A DNA stretch of 64,000 bases from Syntrophorhabdaceae bacterium (GTDB lineage Bacteria; Desulfobacterota; Syntrophorhabdia; Syntrophorhabdales; Syntrophorhabdaceae). The stretch spans positions 3,712,001 to 3,776,000 of the forward strand of contig OY762209.1 of NCBI GenBank assembly GCA_963665295.1. Reading direction: 5' to 3'. This document shows, in pieces, positions 54,727-64,000 of the stretch; positions within the stretch are counted from its first letter, which is position 1, and each line of letters starts with the position of its first letter. Position numbers and translations under genes: made by a program. The notes under the pieces were generated by a model. It made no database searches. It was not told where the DNA came from and worked only from the letters and a program-made list of their open reading frames with translations.

Positions 54727-57700
54727 ATGATTCTTGAAAGGGCTGTCCCGGATTGGAAATCGAAAGTTCAAGCGGCAAGCAGTTTCTTTGACATAGCGAC
54801 GGTTATCAAGACCCTTTTCGATCTGGAAACGGTCCCGGGGCAAGAGCCTCCGAAAGACCCAAACGACTACAAAGATGAAAATTCTGATTACGGTCTGAAG
54901 GTCAAGGGGATAAAAGCCCGCGAACGTCTCAACGAACAGGCCCGGGAGATCATCGGCCGCGTAAAAACCCCTGACGATCTGACAGACGCAGACCGGGAAA
55001 TACTGAAACAATATTCAGGAAGGGGGGGTCTTACCGAAAACTCCCAGTTTGAATACTACACGCCGACTCACGTGGCCGAGGGACTATGGGACGGCATGAT
55101 GACCAACGGATTCGCAAACGGGAATGTTCTGGATCCCTGCGTAGGTGCCGGCGTCTTTTCGGCGACTAAACCAAAAGGGGCAATCATCACCGGGGCGGAC
55201 ATTGATCCGGTCGGTTCAAGAGTCGCCCAGCTTCTCAATCCGGAAGACCTGATCCAAAGCCAGTCGTTTGAAAGAACCGTCATGGAGACCCCCGACGATA
55301 CCTTTGACGCCGTAGTCGGTAATGTTCCCTTCGGCAACGCGAGAGGAGCGAGCGCCCATGACGATCCCGATTACAAAAATGAAAAGCGCATCGAGCGCTA
55401 TTTCATTCTCAGAGCCCTGGACAAAGTGAAGCCAGGGGGGCTCTGTTGCCTGATCGTGCCTATCAATATCGTTGGCGCCAAGGGTGGACAGTGGGAGAAG
55501 TTCCGAATCGCATGTAGCAAAAAGGCTGAATTCCTCGGGGCCCATAAACTGCCATCCAAAACCTTTGCAGCTCAGGGGACCGACACCGTTGTGGACATCG
55601 TCGCCTTCAGAAAGCATCCGAAGGACTTCCTGGACAGGATAGATAACATTCCTTTCGATACCATGAAGGCCTCAAGGGTCATATGGGACGAATTCATTAG
55701 CGGACAATACTGGGTGGGCGAGGGGCGTCAATTCATCATGGGGAAGTGGGTTCCGAAAATTGAAGGAGATCGATGGAGCCGGGAAGTAGTGGATGGCGAT
55801 ATTGACAACGCGGGGCTAAAGGCGAAGCTCGCGCAGCGCTTTGAGTCCCGTATCAACTGGGACCTCCTTGAAGTGGCGGAGCCCATCATCAGAAACTATG
55901 TGGAGGGCGACCGGAAGATCATCAATGGCACCGAATATGAGTTGAGCAGTGGCCAGTGGTCCCGTGTAGTCAAGATTAATGATACCTCATTGACGATTGA
56001 TAGAGGCCGGTACGGCGCTGGGTCCTTGGACGAACTGAAAGCGGTACTGTCATCGTCTAAAGGGGCTTTGGCCCTGTCCGCGAAACAACTCTTTGCCGTC
56101 TTCAAGGCTTTCCCGGAATTCCTGACCCCCCTACAAAAAGCCTCCATCGAATTCGCCATGAGCCAACCGAAAGAAGAGTATCAGGAGCAACTTTTTCGGG
56201 GTTCGATCATCGGGGGCATGATAGCCCGTTATCAGAATACTGTCAACGATGGGACCGCCGAGGATGCGGACCTGCTTGAGCTTCAGGAGCTTGTTTCCAA
56301 GGAGATCGACACCTATGGACATCCCAAAAACAACAGGGGATTGTTGCTGACCGGTGAATCATCAAAGATGTTCGGCCTCTTCAAGAATGCCGTCGATGAA
56401 AAGGGTCAGTTCTCGGATCTTCTTGCAGGGACCATGGATGGGTCGGGGCGAACCTTGGAGTACGATTCGACCAACTTGCAGGCCATTGTGGAGCATCTCT
56501 TCGTCCGGGAAGGGATTCAGTCCATAGAGTTGGAGGACATCCAAAAACTCTACACGGGGAAACGAGAAATCAAGACACTGTCCGACCTTGTCGATGATGA
56601 TGCGTTGGCTATTACGCCCGATGGCTTTATCATGCCGATGGGACGCTATGCAGTGGGCGACATCTATCCTAAGGTCCAGGCCATGAGCGACGCCCTAGCG
56701 GTCGAAACGGATGAACGGGTCAAGGGCAAATACATGGAGCAGATAGAAGAGATTATGCGCCGGCGAAAGACAACGAAGCCGGAAGACATCTCTTTTGATA
56801 TGCGCCAAAAATGGTTCAGCAAGAAATATGTGATCGATTTTCTCAGGGAAAACGGCTATTCGCACCTCACCTACGGCACTATGGAAGAGGTCGTCAAAGA
56901 GAACCCCTATGACGGGAAGACTTTTACTGCACGTGCGCTGAAAGAGGATTACGATAATCCATTCGGCAGGTTCTCTGGAATTGACGATAGTAAGGGAGGC
57001 TTCCCGAAGCAGTTCCTCAAATACCTCAATGGCGAGAATGTTACGTCTTCCGGAGAAGACGCCCAGGAAAGAATCAAGGAGTACAAGGATCGATGCCGCA
57101 TTTTTGAAGAACAGTTCAACGTATGGATGCAACAGCACATCGAAATCAACGAGATAACCGAGCGATATAACCGGAAATTCAACGGATTCACCCCTTTTGA
57201 CTATGAGGATGCTGATCTTGGCCTGAAAGATGTCTCTCCTCAGGTAAGGCTTCATGGCTATCAGAATGCAGGCGTACGGCGATTATCTGAAGAGGGTCGG
57301 GGTATTCTGGCACACGATGTAGGACTCGGGAAGACTTTCACCGCTCTCGGTCTCTATGCCTATAACAAAAAGATGGGCCGCTCGAAGAAGACTTGCATCG
57401 TGGTGCCGAAGTCCGTACTTGGGAACTGGTATCACGAATCAAAGAAGTTCTTGGGAAACTGCGACGATGTTCTGTTTGTCGGATTTGAGCCGAAATTGGG
57501 CGACGGCGGACAGATCGAGCAGGAGGTTGTGAAGGATGAGAAAGGAAATCCGAAGGTAAACATACTCACTGGACAGCTTGAATATCAGGACATCCTCATA
57601 GAGAGAAACGGCAAAGAAGACGTGTGGGGGGCCATGTGGAGGATTCCGCAGTCAAACTATTCTCTCATCGTCATGACAAAGGAAAAATTTGGCATGATTC

Positions 57701-60700
57701 CCATGAGACCGGACAGCAAAAAGGCCTATGCGGATAAGATGGTTAAAAGATCGCTTATCAGTGAGAAAATGCACGCAGAGGCAACGAGCGACAGCGCCGC
57801 GACCAACGGTATGTCGGCGGAGAAGAGGGTCTCCTATAGTCAGGATGTTGAAAAGGCGAGGCTCGAACAGCAATTCTCCGATGAGGGAACGGCGAAGAAG
57901 GGGGAACTTCCTTACTTCGAGGATATGGGATTTACCGACGTGATCATAGACGAGTGTCATGAGTTCAAAAACAACATGCTTGGTGGGGAACATTATCAGG
58001 ATGTGGCATATCTCCCCACTGCTCCACCCGCGAAACGTGCCCTCGACATGACCATGAAGATGGCATACCTGCGTGATGCCAATAATGGCCGAGGGGCATA
58101 TATGCTCTCCGCTACCCCGGTAACGAACAGTCCGTTCGAGATATTCAACATGCTTTCCTATGTGTGCCCACTCGAAGAATTCGAGAGATACGGTATCTAT
58201 ACGCCCGATGATTTTATTCGCGTATTCGGGGAGATCATGAGCGTTGATAAGATGATGGTTGACGGGGGACTCAAGACAAAAGACGGGTTGAAGGGGTTTC
58301 AAAACCTCGACGGGCTTCGGAGTATGTTTCACAAGTATGTAAACATGAAAGGTGCCGATGATTTCCCAGATCAGATCAAGCTGCCTCCCCATGAGGAAGT
58401 AAGCCTCGACATCGAATTGACCGAGAAACAGCAAGAGGTTTACGCAATCTTGCGCGAGCGCGCGAAAGACGCTGCGAAGCCGCCACAAAAAGGAGAGAAG
58501 AAGGAAAGTATGTTCTCCGTCATCCGGGATATGGACCGGGTTACGACTGATATGGACCTATATAACAAAACGATGACCTTTGTCTTCCGAGAAGCAGACA
58601 GAGCCAATGTGGACGGCTTAGTAAAGAACCTCCCCCAGTCCATCAAGGTTAAGCGCGTCCTCGATGACGATGAGATGGATGCTCTCGGCCTTGATCCAGA
58701 GATGAACAAGGGTAAGGCCCAGGAAGTCACTGTCAAGCTCAAGACGGAATCACGAACGGAAAACAGCAGTTATATTGTCGTCTTTCCGAAAGAGTATGAG
58801 AATATCGTTATTGACCGCATCCCCGGAAACGGCATTGCAATGGAGAATGTATCGCATCCCCTAATGCCAAAGTATGCGAAGCTCATTGAGAATCTGCGCG
58901 CTGACCTTGAAACCGATGGAAAGCAGCTCATCTTTACCGAAGAGAAATCGCAGCATCAGAAGATTTTACGCCTCATAGTCCATCATATCCCGACTATCTC
59001 CAAACTGATTGGAATTATCAACGCGGATGAAGCAAAGGGAGAGGATATTCAGAAAATATCAGATGAATACAATTCCGGCAGTCTGAAATTCGTGATCTGC
59101 AATAAGAAGGCCGAGGTCGGAGTAAACCTTCAGAAGGGCACGACCGCAATCCACCACTTGACCCTTCCCTGGACCCCGGCGAGCATTCAACAGCGAAACG
59201 GCAGAGGAGTGCGCCAGGGCAATACGGCGGCCATGATCCATATCTACTATTACTGCGGTAAAGGGTCTTTCGACGCCTACCGCCTCGAGATACTGAAGGC
59301 AAAGTCGAACTGGATGAGGGACCTCTTCGACGGTACTGATGCAACGGCGGGGAATGCAAACGCCTTGAGCCAAGATGATATGATGGACATGCTCGAAGCC
59401 GATCCGGAGGCGGCGAAGAAAAGGAGGCTTGAGCGATTGGCGGCGAAGCAAGCCGAGGAAGCTGAGAAGGAAAAAAGGCGCCTTGCGAACCAATTGCAGG
59501 TGTTATCTCAAGCAAGTAGCGATCTCGCTGGTCTCGACGTTGCCAAAAAGGCAGAACAGGAGAAACTGACCAAAAGGGTGATGGACCTTGAGCCGGAGAT
59601 AAAGAGACTTCACGAGCGATGGTCCGCGGCTGAGGGAGACGATAAAGCGAGAATCGGTCGTCAGATAATGGAGAAAGAACAATCTCTGAAAAACGTGAAA
59701 AATAAGCTTTCCTCTCTTGACCAGACGTTCGAGCAGAGGCGGATCAAGCTTACATCCTCAGTAAAACAGGCGTCGGGACTCTTGCGCCAGAAGGCGAAAA
59801 AAGGCCAACTCCCCTTTGACGAAGCATTAATCGACCGGCCAGAAAGCGCCTGTGTGACACTGTCCGGCAAGGTAGTAGCGGTCGGGGATTGTTACGAGTA
59901 TCAAGGCGATTATTTCCACGGTATCATCAAAGTCGCGGAGGTTGATCCCATTGCCCGAGCCTTCAAATATGAGGAAATAGTGGGTAGGATTAACAATCAG
60001 GATATGGACCGTGCTCTCGATAAGAAGGAATGGGGATGGTATAAGGCCGAGAGCCTTGCAAAATTGGAACAAAAAGGCCTCACAAAAGTCTCGTATTCAG
60101 AGAAAGAACTCATGTTGAAGAAAATGTTAACTGAATCACATGATTATAAGACTCTAGTGGAAGGCAGAATTGACAAGGATATGTTCCTTACCTACCGGAA
60201 GGAGATCAACTGGGATAAACGCGCCATGTACGTTGTGAGGAGTCAAGACGGAACGACAACGATCACCGATGGCTACTCGACCAAGGACCTTGCCAATGCC
60301 ATTATCTATCCTGACGCGAAGAGCGACGGTTTTAGAAAGGCAGTGTGCGAGGGCTATTTACAACAAAAAAGGAGAGGGGGGTCCGTTTACTACGTCTCCG
60401 GCATGATGAGAATGCTCTTTGGTGACAACTATGAAGATGTCGCCATGGAATATGGCAAGACCGCGACAGAAGCCGAGGTAATAGAAGCGTGCGCAAAGGC
60501 ATGGAACGATCAATGGAAAGCAAAACGCCCTTACGGATGTGACAACCTCGACGAACTTGTAAACGCTTTGTTGGACAGAACGGTCAGCCGTGCGACTGTC
60601 CTGAGTGACACACGATCATCCATGAGATACGCAACCAGTGGGCTTGGAGACAACGATGAGCAAATAGAACTCATAGTAAACCAATACTGCCAGGATCTTA

Positions 60701-61089
60701 TGTCCAGCATCGATGCTGCCGTTGCAGCACAAAAGAGCGAAAAGGAACGTGCGGCCAACGAGTCCTTAAAAAACGATCCACGATATAAGGAAGTGCCGCG
60801 GGAAGTCAAGGACGCATTTGACAAGATCGGAATAACGGTCAAAACGAATACTACAAATATGGCTTTGCCGGGATTCAAAAGGCGCCGTGGGGTTGTTTTG
60901 GAGCCCTTTGCACGGTGGTTTTTTCAGGATAGGAATGGAAAGAGTGGTGCGCTCTTCAGAACAAAAGATATTCTGAAAGCGCGTTATGGGGCTCAGTTCT
61001 TTTCGGATGCGGGGGAAGCGTTCAAAGGGGCTTGGTGGCACGTGCCTTCGGCAACGGACTTGAAGGCAATCTATGAACTAATTGCATAA
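54727..61089 (+). CDS. darB: DarB-like N6-adenine methyltransferase / SNF2 helicase fusion
   Basis: YYTP, VLDPCVGAG, GNVPFG; AHDVGLGKT, IDECH, LSATP, QRNGRGVRQGN. Confidence 0.92.
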   Translation: MILERAVPDWKSKVQAASSFFDIATVIKTLFDLETVPGQEPPKDPNDYKDENSDYGLKVKGIKARERLNEQAREIIGRVKTPDDLTDADREILKQYSGRGGLTENSQFEYYTPTHVAEGLWDGMMTNGFANGNVLDPCVGAGVFSATKPKGAIITGADIDPVGSRVAQLLNPEDLIQSQSFERTVMETPDDTFDAVVGNVPFGNARGASAHDDPDYKNEKRIERYFILRALDKVKPGGLCCLIVPINIVGAKGGQWEKFRIACSKKAEFLGAHKLPSKTFAAQGTDTVVDIVAFRKHPKDFLDRIDNIPFDTMKASRVIWDEFISGQYWVGEGRQFIMGKWVPKIEGDRWSREVVDGDIDNAGLKAKLAQRFESRINWDLLEVAEPIIRNYVEGDRKIINGTEYELSSGQWSRVVKINDTSLTIDRGRYGAGSLDELKAVLSSSKGALALSAKQLFAVFKAFPEFLTPLQKASIEFAMSQPKEEYQEQLFRGSIIGGMIARYQNTVNDGTAEDADLLELQELVSKEIDTYGHPKNNRGLLLTGESSKMFGLFKNAVDEKGQFSDLLAGTMDGSGRTLEYDSTNLQAIVEHLFVREGIQSIELEDIQKLYTGKREIKTLSDLVDDDALAITPDGFIMPMGRYAVGDIYPKVQAMSDALAVETDERVKGKYMEQIEEIMRRRKTTKPEDISFDMRQKWFSKKYVIDFLRENGYSHLTYGTMEEVVKENPYDGKTFTARALKEDYDNPFGRFSGIDDSKGGFPKQFLKYLNGENVTSSGEDAQERIKEYKDRCRIFEEQFNVWMQQHIEINEITERYNRKFNGFTPFDYEDADLGLKDVSPQVRLHGYQNAGVRRLSEEGRGILAHDVGLGKTFTALGLYAYNKKMGRSKKTCIVVPKSVLGNWYHESKKFLGNCDDVLFVGFEPKLGDGGQIEQEVVKDEKGNPKVNILTGQLEYQDILIERNGKEDVWGAMWRIPQSNYSLIVMTKEKFGMIPMRPDSKKAYADKMVKRSLISEKMHAEATSDSAATNGMSAEKRVSYSQDVEKARLEQQFSDEGTAKKGELPYFEDMGFTDVIIDECHEFKNNMLGGEHYQDVAYLPTAPPAKRALDMTMKMAYLRDANNGRGAYMLSATPVTNSPFEIFNMLSYVCPLEEFERYGIYTPDDFIRVFGEIMSVDKMMVDGGLKTKDGLKGFQNLDGLRSMFHKYVNMKGADDFPDQIKLPPHEEVSLDIELTEKQQEVYAILRERAKDAAKPPQKGEKKESMFSVIRDMDRVTTDMDLYNKTMTFVFREADRANVDGLVKNLPQSIKVKRVLDDDEMDALGLDPEMNKGKAQEVTVKLKTESRTENSSYIVVFPKEYENIVIDRIPGNGIAMENVSHPLMPKYAKLIENLRADLETDGKQLIFTEEKSQHQKILRLIVHHIPTISKLIGIINADEAKGEDIQKISDEYNSGSLKFVICNKKAEVGVNLQKGTTAIHHLTLPWTPASIQQRNGRGVRQGNTAAMIHIYYYCGKGSFDAYRLEILKAKSNWMRDLFDGTDATAGNANALSQDDMMDMLEADPEAAKKRRLERLAAKQAEEAEKEKRRLANQLQVLSQASSDLAGLDVAKKAEQEKLTKRVMDLEPEIKRLHERWSAAEGDDKARIGRQIMEKEQSLKNVKNKLSSLDQTFEQRRIKLTSSVKQASGLLRQKAKKGQLPFDEALIDRPESACVTLSGKVVAVGDCYEYQGDYFHGIIKVAEVDPIARAFKYEEIVGRINNQDMDRALDKKEWGWYKAESLAKLEQKGLTKVSYSEKELMLKKMLTESHDYKTLVEGRIDKDMFLTYRKEINWDKRAMYVVRSQDGTTTITDGYSTKDLANAIIYPDAKSDGFRKAVCEGYLQQKRRGGSVYYVSGMMRMLFGDNYEDVAMEYGKTATEAEVIEACAKAWNDQWKAKRPYGCDNLDELVNALLDRTVSRATVLSDTRSSMRYATSGLGDNDEQIELIVNQYCQDLMSSIDAAVAAQKSEKERAANESLKNDPRYKEVPREVKDAFDKIGITVKTNTTNMALPGFKRRRGVVLEPFARWFFQDRNGKSGALFRTKDILKARYGAQFFSDAGEAFKGAWWHVPSATDLKAIYELIA

Positions 61090-61103
61090 GGAGGTTTCAA
61101 AAA

Positions 61104-61766
61104 ATGCTGAAAACAACTCTGAAGTTTGAAAACTACGGTTCGTCGGGCCTGCACTACATCGGGCATGGTGCTGATTTCGAAGTGCCTGGCCATACGATTG
61201 GCACCGCAGGTATTTCCGTCAATGTTGATCAGGATCAGGCCGCTACAATCACGTCGGAAGTCCGGACGAAAAGGCCGGCCATGGTGGTCACCTCCGTCGA
61301 GACCTTCGATGATGGCGTGATTCCTGCGTATATGCCCTTTCAGAAGGACAACTATGCAGGGGCCTCCGCCCCTGACGAGGACAACGACGTGACGGAAGGA
61401 TACTCCGTGGGTTCGGTCTGGATCGACACGACCGCGAATCCCCATGAGATCTACAGATGCGTCGACGCCAGTGAGGGGGCAGCGATATGGCTGAACACAT
61501 CCTTGGAACTGAGCGAGATTCTGAATGCCGATATGAATCTGGCATTGGGAAAGGTATACAAGATCAACGGCGTGAAAGTTGTCGGGGCCCCTGGCGCCCA
61601 CGTTGCCGATGCAAGCGCTGTTGTCGGAACGGCAACGAATGGAGGCTATGGATTCGTGTCTGCTGATGAAATGAATGCTTTCATCAGCGGTGTCAATGCC
61701 GTAAAAGATGCCGCCAATGCGGTTGTCGCCAGACTTGAAGGACATGGGCTTATTGCCTCTGCCTAA
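61104..61766 (+). CDS. Putative head decoration/fibre protein
   Basis: GYSVGSVWID...YRCVDAS.GAAIW and ARLEGHGLIA motifs; N-terminus similar to 29822-30220. Confidence 0.55.
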   Translation: MLKTTLKFENYGSSGLHYIGHGADFEVPGHTIGTAGISVNVDQDQAATITSEVRTKRPAMVVTSVETFDDGVIPAYMPFQKDNYAGASAPDEDNDVTEGYSVGSVWIDTTANPHEIYRCVDASEGAAIWLNTSLELSEILNADMNLALGKVYKINGVKVVGAPGAHVADASAVVGTATNGGYGFVSADEMNAFISGVNAVKDAANAVVARLEGHGLIASA

Positions 61767-61917
61767 ATAGACAATGTCGAGAGGATATTATGACCAAAAT
61801 GGCCGCTGTAGCAGGCGGCCATTTGCACCGCCTATGGATCTTGCAATTACAGACGGAGCAGGGTATCTTGTCGGAAAGACGAAATTGACGCAGGACCAGG
61901 CAGTGTAAGGAGACGCG

Positions 61918-62322
61918 ATGAATATCTACAAGCCCTCTGAAAATGATTTGCAACCCCTATTGGATCAGGCCACGGCCAATCAGCCAGTTGATCAGTGGAT
62001 AGACAAATTCCTGGCAAATCTGAAGGCCATCCTTCTCAAGAGCCCGCTTCGCTACCGAGCTTATGGACCATACTGGTGGCTGCTGAAAAAAGCCTATATC
62101 GATAAGGAGGATTTCTCCTTTGGAGGCTTTCTTGACCGGGAATGGCTCTCAACCATGGACTACGGTAAGCCAGAATTGAATATTGTGGCCGCCTTCCTCT
62201 ATGAGGATATGAGAACGGCCAAGAACATGATCGATGATCCGTTCCACGTTATGGAGACGGTAGACGGTGGAGATGCGATTGAATTCGGCTCCAACGATCC
62301 AGAGATGGAGATGAAGATATAG
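61918..62322 (+). CDS. ulx: Ulx-like DarB packaging factor
   Basis: LLKSPLRYRAYGPYW..LKK matches P1 Ulx as recalled; downstream of darB. Confidence 0.75.
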   Translation: MNIYKPSENDLQPLLDQATANQPVDQWIDKFLANLKAILLKSPLRYRAYGPYWWLLKKAYIDKEDFSFGGFLDREWLSTMDYGKPELNIVAAFLYEDMRTAKNMIDDPFHVMETVDGGDAIEFGSNDPEMEMKI

Positions 62323-62419
62323 CCCTTGAAGGGGGGCATGTATTTAACGATTTGACAAGCTGCACGGGCAGTTTTTGGCGCGGGGCCGGGAGACTGGCCC
62401 CCTATTCCCGCATCGTTGC

Positions 62420-62471
62420 CGCAATCCTTCGTTTTTCTATCGCAATCCTTCGTTTTTCCCCTATTTTCATT
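62420..62471 (+). promoter_or_regulatory. Putative late regulatory element, copy 2
   Basis: 51/52 identical to 27931-27982; ends 28 nt before the portal ATG. Confidence 0.7.
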
Positions 62472-62499
62472 TGCCTGCCTATCTTCTTTAATCTTAGTT

Positions 62500-64000
62500 A
62501 TGGCGGAGGAAAAGAAGCGATCATTTTGGCAGAACCTATTTCCAGGCTTTTTGGGGAAGAATCAGGGAGCTAACGCCAACGTTTCCATTCCACCAATTTC
62601 GAATTACGAGGACTTCGTTGCCGACGCCCTCCTGTCGGGATCGCCTGTCGGGGATGCCAGTGGGGAAGACGAATATCAACTCACGGAACTCCCCAACAGC
62701 CGCCTTCTGAAATACAAAATCTTTCGGGTCATGGCCGATGATCCAACCATTGATTCAGCGCTCAAGATGCACATATCTCATGCCCTATCAGCGCGTTCTG
62801 ACACAGGAGAAATCATATCCATAGAGTCCACCTCAGATAAGGATGACCCAATTACGATTGACCTCCGTAATACCTTTAAGACCATCGTGAACCAGAATGT
62901 CCAATTCTGGGCATATAACGCGGCCCTCAACGGCATATGGTTCGCCCGAGTTTACGGTGAACCCCGTAAAGGAGTTCAACTGGTCAGGTCAGATTACTAT
63001 TCTCACCCACAGTTTATCAAGGCATATGAACAGGCCGGTCAGATAGCTGGCTATACCGCTGCGCATCAGAATCCCCTGCAAAACGCTGGCTATATCGCAT
63101 TAATGGAGCCTTGGAAATTTATCGCCTTTCGCATTCCTATCTGGAAGGCCGAAAGTGAATTCGAGCCGCCCAGACTCGATGGGTCAATCTTCGATATATC
63201 CAACGATGATTACAAATCTGAGAGTATTATAGAGAGTCAGAACTACGGTACATCATTGATCGAGACAGCATTCGCGCCGTGGATGGACCTCCAAGAAGCT
63301 ATCCTATCCCTCAATATGTCAAGGAAGAATGCGGCCCGGCTTGAACGGTTAGTAGGGGTAAACACCGGTAAACTTTCTCCGCAACGAGCCTCTCAGTACC
63401 TCAACACGATATCCAGTCAGATACTGAAAGTCAACCAGGCCAACGCGAAGCAGTCCCTGAGACGGGGCTACGTCCAGACGGTCATCAACCATCTTATCCC
63501 TATTTTCGGCGACGGCAAGGGCCGCCTCGATATCGCATCGATAGAGGGGAATCCCAATCTTGACGGGTTGGCAGACATTGACTTCCATGTGAAGCGCCTC
63601 GGCTCCGCCCTCGGTGTCGACCCAGCTCTTCTGGGATTCGGCGAAATGTTATCAGGTGGCCTCGGCGACGGTGGGTTCTTTCGAATCTCCGTCCTTGCGG
63701 CAATAAAGGCAAATATGCTCAGGCGGGCCGTATTGAGTGGTGTGGAGAACCTTTTCGATATCCATGTCGCTTACAAGTTCGGCAAGGTCTTTCTGCCTGG
63801 TGAAAAACCATGGCGGGTCGTTTTCAATTCAGTCTCGTCGGCCCTCGAAAGGGAGGAACGGGAGAACCTGGAGGGGCGCGTAACGTTTGCGACGATGATG
63901 GGGCAACTCATTCAGATCATTGATGCCGAATTTTCATCAGTTGATAGGACCGCTCTGGCCAATTATATGTTTACCGACATCATGAGGATTGATGAAGAGA
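62500..64000 (+). CDS. prt: Portal protein, P1 Prt-like, partial (absent from the ORF track because it runs off the edge)
   Basis: Manual translation MAEEKKRSFW...ELPNSRLLKYKIFRVMADDPTIDSALKMHISHALS...SGGLGDGGFFR. Confidence 0.85.
   Translation, partial: MAEEKKRSFWQNLFPGFLGKNQGANANVSIPPISNYEDFVADALLSGSPVGDASGEDEYQLTELPNSRLLKYKIFRVMADDPTIDSALKMHISHALSARSDTGEIISIESTSDKDDPITIDLRNTFKTIVNQNVQFWAYNAALNGIWFARVYGEPRKGVQLVRSDYYSHPQFIKAYEQAGQIAGYTAAHQNPLQNAGYIALMEPWKFIAFRIPIWKAESEFEPPRLDGSIFDISNDDYKSESIIESQNYGTSLIETAFAPWMDLQEAILSLNMSRKNAARLERLVGVNTGKLSPQRASQYLNTISSQILKVNQANAKQSLRRGYVQTVINHLIPIFGDGKGRLDIASIEGNPNLDGLADIDFHVKRLGSALGVDPALLGFGEMLSGGLGDGGFFRISVLAAIKANMLRRAVLSGVENLFDIHVAYKFGKVFLPGEKPWRVVFNSVSSALEREERENLEGRVTFATMMGQLIQIIDAEFSSVDRTALANYMFTDIMRIDEE

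Larger units (their letters stand above)
1..64000. mobile_element. Temperate phage/prophage segment: lambdoid immunity and replication region plus P1-like contractile-tail virion genes; both ends lie outside the window
   Basis: Continuous phage gene content (terminase, capsid, sheath, baseplate, DarA/DarB, portal, cI/cro); no host housekeeping genes recognised. Confidence 0.95.

Noticed and set aside
54727..61089. Restriction-modification or DISARM-like defence system
   Set aside because: Context (hdf, darA, ddrB, ulx, portal) identifies it as the virion antirestriction protein DarB
1..64000. tRNA/rRNA genes, integrase, IS transposase
   Set aside because: None recognised by eye; a covariance-model scan is needed to exclude small RNAs

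Overview
The whole window is phage DNA from a probably temperate myovirus with a mosaic layout. The left ~17.7 kb is a lambdoid early region: a leftward recombination operon (Gp3-like, SbcC/Rad50-like, SbcD/Mre11-like), paired operators with divergent cI/cro-like genes, a CII-like gene, and an O-type replication initiator whose iterons are split by an in-frame HNH domain. Accessory genes (hicA-hicB-third gene, an Ivy-like lipoprotein, an Fn3-like protein) sit where lambda has rexAB. The remainder is a P1-like virion region: terminase, neck and baseplate, capsid, sheath, tube, tape measure and fibres, then an expanded hdf-darA-ddrA-X-ddrB-darB-ulx head-cargo cluster and the start of the portal. 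Main leads: (1) head-cargo polyproteins that repeat a cleavage-like motif followed by a DarB-like targeting helix; (2) a solitary type I-C-like CRISPR repeat after the capsid gene (RNA anti-CRISPR candidate); (3) an Mtd-like DGR target with its hairpin but only scars of avd/RT; (4) a 52-bp duplicated late regulatory element. All family assignments come from motif recognition by eye, not from database searches.
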